Below, piece after piece: positions 26,449 to 37,206 of a stretch of 64,000 nucleotides of DNA. The position numbers and the translations under genes were made by a program. The first letter of the stretch is position 1, and every line of letters begins with the position of its first letter. The notes under the pieces are model-generated. The model ran no database searches. It saw only the letters and a program-made list of their open reading frames with translations, and was not told where the DNA came from. The stretch is from Candidatus Omnitrophota bacterium (GTDB taxonomy: Bacteria; Omnitrophota; Gorgyraeia; Zapsychrales; Zapsychraceae). The stretch is taken from contig JAGQKV010000008.1 of NCBI GenBank assembly GCA_020429915.1, positions 3,338 through 67,337 of the forward strand. The letters run 5' to 3'.

Positions 26449-27537
26449 ATGAGCAAAAGACGCATCGGCATTCTCACCGGTGGAGGGGATTGCGCCGGAC
26501 TCAACGCGGTTATCCGCGCCGTGACCAAGAAAGCCATCCTTGAGCAGGGCTACGAGGTATTCGGATATGAAGACGGATATGAAGGGGTCATTCACAATCG
26601 GTACCGTCCGCTGGCCTTTGACGATGTCTCCGGCATTTTGACTCTGGGCGGAACCATCCTCGGGACATCCAACAAGGCCAATCCTTTCAAGTATGCCGTC
26701 AAGGCCGACGGGAAAGTAACCTTTGAAGACCGCTCCCGGGACGCCGTGCACAACATACAAGACCTCGGACTGGAGTGTCTGGTGTGTATCGGCGGCGACG
26801 GTACGTTGACGATCGCCAACAAACTGTGCGAGATGGGTGTCCCCGTGGTCGGCGTTCCCAAGACCATCGACAACGACATCCGCGGTACGGATATCACCTT
26901 CGGATTTGATTCGGCGGTGGAGATCGTCACCGAAGGGATCGACCGCATTCACAGCACGGCTCAGTCCCATCATCGGGTCATGATCATTGAGGTGATGGGC
27001 CGCACCGCCGGGTGGATCGCCCTGCATTCCGGTGTGGCCGGAGGCGGAGACATTATCTTGCTGCCGGAGATACCGTATGACATCAACAAGGTCGCTGAAC
27101 GCGTTCTCAAACGCGGGAAGGAAGGCAAACGTTTCAGCATCATCGTCGTGGCCGAGGGGGCCAAACCGATCGGCGGAGAGGTCACGGTGAAGAAGATCGT
27201 TGAGGACAGTCATGAAAAGGTCCGGTTGGGCGGGATCAGTTTCCGGTTGGTGTCCGATGTCGAGGCGCTGACCGGCCTCGAGGCGCGGGCCGTGGTGATG
27301 GGACATCTGCAGCGCGGCGGCACGCCGTCGTCGTTCGACCGGGTGTTGGCCACGCGATTGGGAACGCGGGTCGTCGACATGATCGAGGCCGGGCAGTTCG
27401 GACACATGTGCGGCGTGCGCTGTGATGGACTGGTCAACGTCCCGTTGAGCGAAGTCGCCCGAGGGCCGCGACTGGTTGACCCGGCCGATCCGCTGATTCG
27501 ATCCGCCCGCTCGATCGGCGTTATTTTCGGAGATTGA
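26449..27537 (+). CDS. pfkA: 6-phosphofructokinase (ATP- or PPi-dependent)
   Basis: RIGILTGGGDCAGLNAVIR and GGDGT motifs. PFK architecture throughout. Confidence 0.85.
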   Translation: MSKRRIGILTGGGDCAGLNAVIRAVTKKAILEQGYEVFGYEDGYEGVIHNRYRPLAFDDVSGILTLGGTILGTSNKANPFKYAVKADGKVTFEDRSRDAVHNIQDLGLECLVCIGGDGTLTIANKLCEMGVPVVGVPKTIDNDIRGTDITFGFDSAVEIVTEGIDRIHSTAQSHHRVMIIEVMGRTAGWIALHSGVAGGGDIILLPEIPYDINKVAERVLKRGKEGKRFSIIVVAEGAKPIGGEVTVKKIVEDSHEKVRLGGISFRLVSDVEALTGLEARAVVMGHLQRGGTPSSFDRVLATRLGTRVVDMIEAGQFGHMCGVRCDGLVNVPLSEVARGPRLVDPADPLIRSARSIGVIFGD

Positions 27538-27613
27538 TGGCAAGTGCTGGCGCGCGACTTTACGTATTGACTTTGGCTTAGACACCCGACGATACACAAC
27601 CAGGAAAAATACT

Positions 27614-28195
27614 ATGGAAGAACTCGAAGAACTTTCTGAGAAGACCCCGGTCAAGCATGTCCGGGACGGATACAAAGGCTGGATTTGCGGAAGAACACGC
27701 ATGAAGGAATGTTTTACCGGCAACACCGACTGCGATTTTCAATACCGCGTGCAAATTCCCGGAGAGGACCGCCGACGTATCGCGCCGCGGGAGGATTTGG
27801 AGATCATACGCGAAGCCGGAGATTTTCCGGAGGTTATTTACGAACATGACCAGCACGATGAAAACGAAAGCTGGCTGCACGCGCTTGGTTACCAGATCAC
27901 GGGCATGGATTTTAACGAACGGATCACCATTTTGATGAATATCGCGATCCCGATGCGGGGCGAGCGATCCGTCGTGTACAAGCTGACCGGTTTTATGAAG
28001 GCGCGCGCCACCAGTCAGGATCGCACCCAACAGTATTATCACGCGTTGTCGGAGTGGAACCGGGACATCAATTTCATTATGAAGAAATTCGACGACAAAT
28101 GGATCAAGACACACGTAAAGTCGATCCGCAAGAAACTGGAACAGAACGGGTACCATTGGATCGAAGATGAGGAAGTCAAAGACCAATCCGCCTAA
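27614..28195 (+). CDS. hypothetical protein
   Basis: 193-aa ORF. No recognisable motifs. Confidence 0.45.
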   Translation: MEELEELSEKTPVKHVRDGYKGWICGRTRMKECFTGNTDCDFQYRVQIPGEDRRRIAPREDLEIIREAGDFPEVIYEHDQHDENESWLHALGYQITGMDFNERITILMNIAIPMRGERSVVYKLTGFMKARATSQDRTQQYYHALSEWNRDINFIMKKFDDKWIKTHVKSIRKKLEQNGYHWIEDEEVKDQSA

Positions 28196-28213
28196 TCCGC
28201 AAAGGGGAGATGC

Positions 28214-31200
28214 ATGCAAAAGATTCTGGTGATGATCGGCGTCCTGATGACAGTAACCGTAACGCAGGCCGCGGCTGAAAACTTGCGCGGGGCGCGCGCC
28301 TTGTTCGACATGGTGACGAAGTACGCAAATGTCGAGGAGGAGCCAGTCGAGCGACCGGTGGATGAATGGCGCGCGGCAGTGGCCGCGTACAAGGCGAATC
28401 CCCCCGCCGATGCCAGGCAGGCGGCGGCGGACTGGCAGGCCCTTTATTTTCGGTTGTGGGAAGTCCGTGAACCGCAGAACGAGGCGCTTTATGCACCGAA
28501 TCCGGCATTAAAAGCATTGATCGCGGCCATCCCCGGACCGGAGGCGTGGGGCCATTTGCTGGACCTCCCGGTCCCCGATGGACAACAGGACTCGGCGGCC
28601 GGTCAGGTGTGGTGGTACATCACCGGCGCATTGGCCGAGGATGAGGTCCGCATGAACGCGGCGTTGGACGCCCTGGAGACCGGCAGCCGTTCGGGACCGG
28701 AATGGCAACAGGAGTACGCGCGCGAGCTGATCCGTTCGATGCGCCGGGAGCTGATGATGGGCCACGGCTCCGCGCAGCCTCAGATCAAACTTTTTATGGA
28801 AGCGTTAGTCGCTGAACAAACCGAACGTTCCTTCCATGAGGTCGAGGTCCCGGATTTGGTCACGATTTTAGGTAAGACCGAGGCCAGGGAGCTGCTGATC
28901 AAGGCCTTAAAGACCGGGGGGGTGTTGCTTAAAGTTCCGGTCGGTGACGAAACCCGCGCGATGGCGATTAAAACGGCACTGGAAATGATCGACGACATCC
29001 GGGAACCGCAGTGGCTGTTGACTATGGAGGTGGGCCCGCAACCGCAGAAACTGTACGAGGCGCTGGAAAAGGAATTCGGCCCGCTGCCGGCCCAGTACCG
29101 GTCCGGGGCCGAGGTGGCGGACGGGTCCGATTCCGGGGAACCGCTGAGCATTGGCGAGATGCTGAGCGAGTTTATGGGAATCGACGACGAAGGGAGCGCC
29201 GATCCGCCTTACGGATCGCTATACTATTTTCAGGCCCAGGCACGTCCCTACTACATGGTCTCTCTCATGTTGGCCGGGCGGCAAGCGGAGGCGATGGACA
29301 TCGCTTTTGAGGTGGGACTGCACCGGGACGGCTTGTTGACCGGAGAGATAATGAACTTTATGCAGGAAACCGGTCACACCCGGGAGCTGGTCGGTTTCCT
29401 GAAAGAAGTACTTACCGTCCGTCCGCAGCTCGGTTGGTGGGACGTTTACATCGCCCTGGCGGCACAGATGGGTATGCGCGAGGAGCCTGAACAAATGATC
29501 AGCGCACGCCTGGCCGACTCAGGGATTGACCCCGATCGCCGGTTGGTTTACCAGGTGCATCTGCTGCGGCTGTACCTCGCCTTTGATGATATCCCCGCGG
29601 CTGAGAGTATTGTCGACGGAATCAGTCTGGACCTCACCCGGCGTCCGGTTCTCGATTTGTCCGACTATCAGCAAACAGCCGTGAAGTTGGCCAGGACGCT
29701 CACCCGCGCGGGAACGGCACTGGATAAACAGGAGTGGGTGGAACGGGGCCTGGAAATTCTGCGGAAGTTAGCCGGGCGCGGGGGGTTGAACCAATATTTT
29801 GACAGCAGCGCCGAACAGACACTGGTTCGCGAGCTCATCCAACTCGACCGGCTTGCCGAGGCCGAGGAAGTGCTGTTCGCGGGGCTGGAACGCTTTCTCA
29901 AGCGTCTGAATAACCCGTTGGCGATCGACGGTATGGCCGGATATTGGCAGTACGCCGAGTACCTTCCGCTGCTGGTGGTGGTTTATCACAAGTCAGGTCG
30001 CTACGCGGACATCGTGCGGCTGACCGAGCGTATTGCGTTTTGGCAGTACGGCGGTCTGTTCGCGACACTGGAAAAAGGTTTTGTCGATATCGATTTCGGA
30101 TATCATATCGCGCACGCGCTCTACAAAACCGGCCAGACGGAAAAAGCGGCGGAAATCCTCAAACACCTGATAATGCGCGACGGCGGTTATGACCCGGCTT
30201 ACGAGGGGTTGGTCAAGATTGTCGGTCCCGGAATCATTCCGTGGCTGGACGAAGTCTATGCGACCGATCATTTCGAAGAGCGTCCGCTTATTTGGAAGGC
30301 CCATCTATTGGCGCAGGAAAAACAGTGGGAGGCGGCCCGGTCCGTGATCGAGCAGGCCATAGCTATCGATCCTTCCGACGGAGAACAGGGACAGGGACGC
30401 CGGATGCGCGCCTACGCCGTGTTGGCCGTAATTCATCAGGCGTTGGGTGACGCCGAGCAGGCGGTTTTCTATGAAGACGTTGTCAAGGCCATCCGCCAGG
30501 CGGAGCAGGCAGATGAGTTGTATGCCGCCGGTTTGGTCACCCGGGCCGTGCGTGAGTACGAGGCCGCGCTGGACCGGTTCGCGGACGCTTACTGTATTCA
30601 ATCGCGCGCCGCAGTCTATCAGGAATCCCTGGGCAATACCGCAGCTGCCGAAAAACACCTGCGCCGGGCGTATGAACTGATGCCGTCAAGTTTCGGGCAA
30701 ATGGAAAGCCATTGTTTCGGCTGCGAAAAGGCCTTTGCCACGCTCAACCGGCAGCAAATTGCCGAGGAGGTCTTTCAGTCCTTATTGAAGCAGATGCCCG
30801 ACAATCCCCGGGTACAATACCTGATGGGATATCTCCGTCAGGAGCAGGGCAGGGCCGAGGCCAAAGATTATTTTTGGCAGGCCGTTCGCCTCGACCCCGA
30901 TTACATCAATGCCTGGAAGAATCTGCAGCGCCTGAGCGATCACGCCTATGTCCCGGCGGCCGAACAGCAGGAAATTGTCCTGAATCTGCTGCGGCTGGAT
31001 CCGTATGCCCGGCACAGTTCGCCCGAGTTGGGCCGGGTCCATAGCCTGCGGGCTTTGTGGAGTGTCTCCGCCGGGGCGCCCGCCTTGCCGGTCTCGGCGC
31101 AGGGCGAAGTCTATCCGTTTCCTGCCACTCAGGAGCGCCTGGACGGCATGGCCAACGAACAACGGATGATGTTTTACGGGACCGGGGATTCGGACGCGTC

Positions 31201-31288
31201 CACGGACGTCAGCGTGGATCCGGCACGCCGGCTCAGCGAACACAATGTGTTCGTTCCCCTGTATACACTGGTGAAATACCTGCAATGA
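28214..31288 (+). CDS. large secreted TPR-repeat protein (1024 aa)
   Basis: Signal peptide MQKILVMIGVLMTVTVTQAAA. Multiple TPR-like helical repeats in the C-terminal half (AIRQAEQADELYAAGLVTRAVREYEAALD...). Confidence 0.55.
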   Translation: MQKILVMIGVLMTVTVTQAAAENLRGARALFDMVTKYANVEEEPVERPVDEWRAAVAAYKANPPADARQAAADWQALYFRLWEVREPQNEALYAPNPALKALIAAIPGPEAWGHLLDLPVPDGQQDSAAGQVWWYITGALAEDEVRMNAALDALETGSRSGPEWQQEYARELIRSMRRELMMGHGSAQPQIKLFMEALVAEQTERSFHEVEVPDLVTILGKTEARELLIKALKTGGVLLKVPVGDETRAMAIKTALEMIDDIREPQWLLTMEVGPQPQKLYEALEKEFGPLPAQYRSGAEVADGSDSGEPLSIGEMLSEFMGIDDEGSADPPYGSLYYFQAQARPYYMVSLMLAGRQAEAMDIAFEVGLHRDGLLTGEIMNFMQETGHTRELVGFLKEVLTVRPQLGWWDVYIALAAQMGMREEPEQMISARLADSGIDPDRRLVYQVHLLRLYLAFDDIPAAESIVDGISLDLTRRPVLDLSDYQQTAVKLARTLTRAGTALDKQEWVERGLEILRKLAGRGGLNQYFDSSAEQTLVRELIQLDRLAEAEEVLFAGLERFLKRLNNPLAIDGMAGYWQYAEYLPLLVVVYHKSGRYADIVRLTERIAFWQYGGLFATLEKGFVDIDFGYHIAHALYKTGQTEKAAEILKHLIMRDGGYDPAYEGLVKIVGPGIIPWLDEVYATDHFEERPLIWKAHLLAQEKQWEAARSVIEQAIAIDPSDGEQGQGRRMRAYAVLAVIHQALGDAEQAVFYEDVVKAIRQAEQADELYAAGLVTRAVREYEAALDRFADAYCIQSRAAVYQESLGNTAAAEKHLRRAYELMPSSFGQMESHCFGCEKAFATLNRQQIAEEVFQSLLKQMPDNPRVQYLMGYLRQEQGRAEAKDYFWQAVRLDPDYINAWKNLQRLSDHAYVPAAEQQEIVLNLLRLDPYARHSSPELGRVHSLRALWSVSAGAPALPVSAQGEVYPFPATQERLDGMANEQRMMFYGTGDSDASTDVSVDPARRLSEHNVFVPLYTLVKYLQ

Positions 31289-31331
31289 GCCGGGACCGAT
31301 GGCGATCCGCGGCCGGTAAGGATACCGTCAT

Positions 31332-32714
31332 TTGAAACGAACCGTTTACCGACGCAGGCAATTCTTTTTCTTGGGACTGCTCTGTGCGTTCCTGATAACA
31401 CGTCTGCTGCTGCATCCGTGGGACCAGGAATTTCTCGAGGAATGTCTGGATATCCTGGGCATCGGACTCATCGCGCTGGGATTTATTATGCGCATCGCGG
31501 CCAGCGGGTATCTCTTGCAGCGGGCGCAGGGCGGAGAGAACCTGGTCACCGAAGGGCCGTACCGCTTCGTGCGTCACCCCAAGTTCCTGGGCACGTTATT
31601 CGTCGTGGCCGGGGTCGTCAGTCTGTTCCTGCATATTTCCTGGTGCCTGTTTTTTCTGTTGATATGGATGTCCGTCTTCATTCCCGATATCACAGCGGAA
31701 GAACAGCGTCTTGCCAAACGCTTCGATCAAAAATACGCCCGCTACACGCGGCGCGTTCCCCGGTTTGTACCGGTCCTGAGGTCGTGGCTGTGGCTGCCCG
31801 ATTACTTTCAAATCAGACTGTCCTGGTTTAAGCTCGAACGATTGTCACTGGTGTCGGCCGTAGCGGTCACTTTGGTGGTCGAGATCCTCATTGACGCCAA
31901 ACTGTTCGGTCATCAGGAATTACTGGGAGAATTTATTGAGCTGCTGGTTGTCACGGTGTCTTATGCGCTGGCCGGCGCGTGGTTTTTTCTCCCCGAAATC
32001 CGCGAGGCCAAGAGCCTGCGTCCGTTGATCGAAAAAGAATTTGATGCCAACGGCGAGAAGATCTTTGTCTCGCTCTGTTTTGTGACCTTGTTATTCTTCA
32101 CCGGGTTGGTGCTGCACATCAAGAGCTATCCGGTGTGGGCGCCGGATCTGTACATAACCCGGGGTTTTCAACACGAGACCTATTTCGCGTTCTGGTTGCA
32201 GTTGATGAAAATTGTGAGTTTCTTGGGAGACGCTCCGGTCCGGGTGATGTCGTTCGTGTTGGCGGCGCTGTTGTTTTACATCACTCATAACAGGCGGGAG
32301 GTGCTCTTTCTTTTTTTTGTCGCGGTGGCCAATGTCATGGCGGGCGCCATCAAATACGCGGTTGGACGTCCGCGGCCGACGGCGGACATGGTCGCGGTCT
32401 ACCAGAGTACGCATAATTCCAGCTTTCCCAGCGGACATACCGTCTTCTTCACAATTTTTTACGGGTTCATTATCCTGTCGATGTTCTATGCCCGCAATAT
32501 CCCTTTTCTGTTGCGTTGTGTGATCGCGTATGTTTCGATGCTGCTGATCCTCACCATCGGCCTGGCGCGGATTTATATCGGTGTGCATTTCGCTACAGAC
32601 GTGATCGGGGGGTACATGATCGGTTTTGCCTTCCTGTTGGTGATCATCTATTTGTACATCGGTGACAATATCCGTTACCAGCGGATCAAGCGGGGAGGGC
32701 CCGATTTGCGGTGA
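31332..32714 (+). CDS. fusion membrane protein: ICMT/PEMT-like methyltransferase N-domain plus PAP2 phosphatase C-domain
   Basis: ICMT-family motif (GPYRFVRHPKFLGTLF) in the N-terminal half. PAP2 motifs KYAVGRPRP, PSGHT and ARIYIGVHFATD in the C-terminal half. About 10 transmembrane helices. Confidence 0.6.
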   Translation: MKRTVYRRRQFFFLGLLCAFLITRLLLHPWDQEFLEECLDILGIGLIALGFIMRIAASGYLLQRAQGGENLVTEGPYRFVRHPKFLGTLFVVAGVVSLFLHISWCLFFLLIWMSVFIPDITAEEQRLAKRFDQKYARYTRRVPRFVPVLRSWLWLPDYFQIRLSWFKLERLSLVSAVAVTLVVEILIDAKLFGHQELLGEFIELLVVTVSYALAGAWFFLPEIREAKSLRPLIEKEFDANGEKIFVSLCFVTLLFFTGLVLHIKSYPVWAPDLYITRGFQHETYFAFWLQLMKIVSFLGDAPVRVMSFVLAALLFYITHNRREVLFLFFVAVANVMAGAIKYAVGRPRPTADMVAVYQSTHNSSFPSGHTVFFTIFYGFIILSMFYARNIPFLLRCVIAYVSMLLILTIGLARIYIGVHFATDVIGGYMIGFAFLLVIIYLYIGDNIRYQRIKRGGPDLR

Positions 32715-32890
32715 CAGCCGCCCCGTCATTCCGCGGACCGCTGTGTTTGATATATATGACTATTATGATATACTATTACTACTTAATCAGAACCAGTTGG
32801 TTTCCCGCCTAGTACATTCCCCAATCGACGCAGGACTTTAGTATTCTCAATATCATTTAGTTTACATAAGAATCTAAACTGCAAGGTTTT

Positions 32891-35800
32891 ATGCTCGTGT
32901 CCTCGATTTGCCAACAGCGAGTAAGTCCATGGCGCCGGGCCGTAAGCGGCCTCACCGCGATCCTTTTTGTGTTCACCGGGAGCCTGCCCGCGGGGGCTGT
33001 TCAGGGACTGCCGCGTCCGGGCCAAATGGTCCAGCCTTCCGCGACCTACCAATCACCCGGGCTGCGCGGGGTCCGCATCCATCCGGAAAATCCCCTGGAG
33101 TTTGACTTTATTATTAATAGCGGCGAAGCCGATCTGAATACCGACGCCCTCAAGGACGAGGCGGGGAAGCTGATCAAATACTTCTTGGCCGCGTTGACGA
33201 TCCCGGAAGATCACCTGTGGGTCAACCTGTCTCCTTACGAGGAAGGGCGGGTCATATCCTCCGGACTCGGTGCGACTGCGATGGGCCGGGACCTGCTGGA
33301 GCAGGATTATTTGCTGAAGCAGTTGTCGGCTTCCCTGATGTATCCCGAAGAGGAATTGGGACGAACATTCTGGCAACGGGTCCATGAGCGTACGTTGCGT
33401 ACGTACGGAACCACGGCCGTTCCCGGTCAGACATTCCATAAGGTTTGGATCGTCCCTGACAAGGCCGTTGTTTATGAGCGGGACGGGGGGGCTTACGTGG
33501 TGGAACGGCATCTGAAGGTGATGCTGGAAGCGGATTATCAGGCATCGGAGTATGCCAATCCGGATGCCGGCGCGGTCTCCTCCGGGGAATCCCAAAACGG
33601 GGATATCGCGGCGAAGATGGTCCGTGAAATCATTGTCCCCGAGATCGAACGCGAGGTGAATCACGGCCGCCACTTCGCGACGCTGCGCCAGATATATGAC
33701 GCCATGATCCTGGCCACCTGGTACAAACGTAAACTGCGCGACGGCCTGTTGAACCGGATCTACGTGGACCGCGAAAAGGTCCGCGGCGTGGATATCAATC
33801 ACCCGAAACAGGTGACGGAGGAAATTTATCAGCAGTACCTGGAAGCCTTTCGCAAAGGGGTGTACGACTTTGTGCGTGAGGACGTGGACCCGGTGAGCCG
33901 GGAGACCGTGCCGCGCCGGTATTTCTCAGGCGGTTTGATTTACCGGGGACGTACCGTGGAGGTGACCACTGACAAGGCGTTGTTGACCGACGAACAGCAA
34001 CGTCAATTACGGCGGGACGCGGGACGGGATCGCCTGGTAACCGCTATGCTTTTGGAGGTAGAGGCCAAGGCCGGCGATCAGGCGATGAACGCCAAGGAGC
34101 CGGCGCCTGACACGGAGGCGGGGCGGTTGGCGGCAGTGCAGCGCGCGCTTTACCCGGATGGGAGAGTTCAACCGGTGCGGCTCGCCGACAAACACGGAGA
34201 CGTCCATAATCTGGTCGTGTTGGACCCGGAAGGCCGAAACTTCGGACATGCCTCCACGTGGAAGGTCAACGGCGGTTCGAATATAGCGGCGCACAGTTTT
34301 GATTTGGCCGTCCCCACGGGAAACCGAAAGGTCTCTTTCAATATCGTCGCGCCTGAGGGCCGGTCTGCCGACGGTCGCGTCTTTACAGCCGCGTTAAACG
34401 ACATCGTCGGTTTGCCCGATATATCTGGCGAACAACTGTTCGCCCGCCCCGATTTATTGACCCGTGATGATCATTCTGTCTCCGGTAATGAATTTGTGAT
34501 CCGGCTGGACAATCTTGGTGGACTGAACTCACTCGTCATCTCCGACTTAAGATTCGGCAGCGGCAAATCAATTAAGGATGAGAAACGCAGCGGCCCCGCC
34601 GATCCGACGGCGGCCGCCTACACCAAGCAATTTGTGGATGAGGGACGCGACATCCGCGCAAGTCGTTGGTCCAGGAACGGGGAGCCGCGCTTTCGCGCCA
34701 CCGCCCAGCCGCGCACCGCCGACGGGCTGCACGACACGCACAACTATCTGGTGGAGATCGATTCGCATCAGACGGGATTCCGGCCGGGTTCGGTCACCAT
34801 CGCATTGAATGAAGGCAATGACGTTGTCATTCATAAAGACGCGGACGTGGATTATGTAATGCTACGGGTGCGGCTCTACTCGGATCATACGGATTTGGGC
34901 CATATGCGGTTGGAGGAATTGTACGACGTGTCCGTTTTGGAACACTACGTGGATTTGCAGCAGCGGGAAGAGGATTGGTTCGGCACCGCCACAGCGGAGC
35001 AACGCCGGCGTTACCAACGGCTGGTGAAGAGTCTGCGCAGGCACATGCTGGAGCGCAACGCCGGCGAGCGTCAACGCCGCCGGATCGCACTGCTACGCAG
35101 CCGTATCTCAACCTTGGCTGATCAAATCGGTCAGCGGGACGCCGACAAGCAGGCAGCCCTGAATCCGCTCCGTCAGTACGAAGACATCCCGTTCTTTGAG
35201 GCGGAACGGTTGCGGATCTTGTTGTATAACGGACAATTCTTGATAACGCGCAACGCCGCCATCCTCGCCGGGTCGCCGTATTATTTGACGCCATTCGGCG
35301 GAGACGTGATCATCATCCTGCGTGAACTGCTGGGTTATCTCCGGCCGGACGTCGTCCGTGCGCAGTTTTACCAGTTGCTGAAGCTGGTGCGCAATGGGCA
35401 GCTCGCGCATGAGGTCGACATCCGATTTCACAGCGACGATGAGCGTCATCTGGACGTCCGCCTGGAATCACCGCGCGTGGACACGGAACTGTTGCTGATG
35501 ATGTTTGCCGGGACCATGCTGAGCCACCCTGAGTACGATATCGACTGGCAGCAGACCGTCACGGGCGACATCACGGCCGCCGAAGCGATCACCGGCGTCG
35601 CCCGCTATGTGCTCGAACGCGCGCAGAGACTCGCTTCCGCTCAGGACCGCACCGGACTCCTCGGTCCGAAGGATACCGGGACCGCGTTCGAAGACCCGCG
35701 GCTGGATTGGGAGGATGCTTCGAATTCCAAGGCCTACGGACGCTACAGTCATTTGATCCAGTACCTCGTTCCGTTCGCGTTGCAGGCCATCAACAAGCTT

Positions 35801-37195
35801 AGTGAGAGTCACAAGACGGCGTCGGATATCCATGTCGACCCTGTGCTCATCGAAGATTGGGTGGGGACCCGCGATATTTTCAACACCCGCGTCGGCCGGG
35901 ATTACCGGATCGAAGCCTTGATGGAATGGTACCGTTGGCGCATCAAACGGACCGCGGACGGTCGGCGTTTCGTCTTGGCCATGCTGGCGGACGCGCTGGA
36001 GTACTACGGATCCGATTTCACTTTCAAGCAGGGGAGTGACGACGAACTGCTCGCCTCCATCCGGGAGTTCCTGGAGGCGCATGTCCCGCTGGGTGACTTC
36101 GTCTACCAGTCCAAAGTCCTCGACGCGGGCGGTGATCAGATCCGGGTGGCTGATACCAATCCGCTGATATTTGCCACGTCCACGGCGGACGGCGTACGCA
36201 CCGACGAGATAAAACACGGTCTGGATTTGGTTTTTACGCACGTCGCCCTGGGCGGTGTCGGTATGACGGAGGGATCGGTGCAGACCGGTATTCCGACCGT
36301 GAAGGGTGCCGACCGCGAAGTCCGGCATCCGGTCAGCATCGCCGGGATCATTCCGTCGACGGATCTATACGAAATCTATCACCGGAATTATCACGGCATG
36401 ATCATTTGGCTGTCGATGAACTACAAACGCCTCAACGGTTTGATCCGGCAGATCAATCATCGCCTGTCAAATGGGGAAGGATTCTCGCAGGACGTCCAAA
36501 TGATGTACGCGGCCGTGGAGCTGTTGCACAATGACATGAACCAGCTGGCCGAGCTTGTTACCGAGGAGACCCTGGAGCCGTATATGAACGGAAGCCAGCG
36601 GTTTCGCTGGCGGCCGTACGGCAGCAATGTGGAAGTTGACGATGCCGACGGTATTCAGTCCGGTTCGATGCAGGGATTCAATATGATGGCCATGCCTGCC
36701 ATCGTGAATTTACGCCGGCTGCGGGAACGGATCGAGGCCCTACCGCAATCCGGATTTATGTCGGCCGTCGGCATGCGCGCCGGCAACCTGCGGACAAGGA
36801 TCCAGGAGAAGCCGTACGCGGTACGCGCGCTGATCCGCGAATGGACGCAGCAGCAGCGGACGCCGCTGGCGGATGCCACTCCCCAGACCACCACCGATGA
36901 CCAGGCGTTGCTCAACACCGCAGCACGGACAACGAACGACAAGGATGTCGGGGGGATCGACTTGAGTTCGGGCTGGCTGGATTTGCAGATTAAACGCGAT
37001 CCGAACGGGGTCCCCTTGCCGGTCATCGAGCAACCGCTTGATACCATCCGCGCGGATTTTGAAGGCTTTTACCCGGTGATCATCAACGTAACGCCGGTCA
37101 ATATCCCGCTGATCCTGGGGATGTCGCCGGATGGACCGGACCCGGCGGAGGAACATTTTGTCCCACGGCCGGGGTCTCCATTGGCACGGCGGTAG
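32891..37195 (+). CDS. giant (1434 aa) hypothetical secreted protein
   Basis: N-terminal signal-like segment (LTAILFVFTGSLPAGAVQG). No recognisable catalytic motifs. Uninterrupted frame. Confidence 0.55.
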   Translation: MLVSSICQQRVSPWRRAVSGLTAILFVFTGSLPAGAVQGLPRPGQMVQPSATYQSPGLRGVRIHPENPLEFDFIINSGEADLNTDALKDEAGKLIKYFLAALTIPEDHLWVNLSPYEEGRVISSGLGATAMGRDLLEQDYLLKQLSASLMYPEEELGRTFWQRVHERTLRTYGTTAVPGQTFHKVWIVPDKAVVYERDGGAYVVERHLKVMLEADYQASEYANPDAGAVSSGESQNGDIAAKMVREIIVPEIEREVNHGRHFATLRQIYDAMILATWYKRKLRDGLLNRIYVDREKVRGVDINHPKQVTEEIYQQYLEAFRKGVYDFVREDVDPVSRETVPRRYFSGGLIYRGRTVEVTTDKALLTDEQQRQLRRDAGRDRLVTAMLLEVEAKAGDQAMNAKEPAPDTEAGRLAAVQRALYPDGRVQPVRLADKHGDVHNLVVLDPEGRNFGHASTWKVNGGSNIAAHSFDLAVPTGNRKVSFNIVAPEGRSADGRVFTAALNDIVGLPDISGEQLFARPDLLTRDDHSVSGNEFVIRLDNLGGLNSLVISDLRFGSGKSIKDEKRSGPADPTAAAYTKQFVDEGRDIRASRWSRNGEPRFRATAQPRTADGLHDTHNYLVEIDSHQTGFRPGSVTIALNEGNDVVIHKDADVDYVMLRVRLYSDHTDLGHMRLEELYDVSVLEHYVDLQQREEDWFGTATAEQRRRYQRLVKSLRRHMLERNAGERQRRRIALLRSRISTLADQIGQRDADKQAALNPLRQYEDIPFFEAERLRILLYNGQFLITRNAAILAGSPYYLTPFGGDVIIILRELLGYLRPDVVRAQFYQLLKLVRNGQLAHEVDIRFHSDDERHLDVRLESPRVDTELLLMMFAGTMLSHPEYDIDWQQTVTGDITAAEAITGVARYVLERAQRLASAQDRTGLLGPKDTGTAFEDPRLDWEDASNSKAYGRYSHLIQYLVPFALQAINKLSESHKTASDIHVDPVLIEDWVGTRDIFNTRVGRDYRIEALMEWYRWRIKRTADGRRFVLAMLADALEYYGSDFTFKQGSDDELLASIREFLEAHVPLGDFVYQSKVLDAGGDQIRVADTNPLIFATSTADGVRTDEIKHGLDLVFTHVALGGVGMTEGSVQTGIPTVKGADREVRHPVSIAGIIPSTDLYEIYHRNYHGMIIWLSMNYKRLNGLIRQINHRLSNGEGFSQDVQMMYAAVELLHNDMNQLAELVTEETLEPYMNGSQRFRWRPYGSNVEVDDADGIQSGSMQGFNMMAMPAIVNLRRLRERIEALPQSGFMSAVGMRAGNLRTRIQEKPYAVRALIREWTQQQRTPLADATPQTTTDDQALLNTAARTTNDKDVGGIDLSSGWLDLQIKRDPNGVPLPVIEQPLDTIRADFEGFYPVIINVTPVNIPLILGMSPDGPDPAEEHFVPRPGSPLARR

Positions 37196-37206
37196 CTTCG
37201 TCGTAT

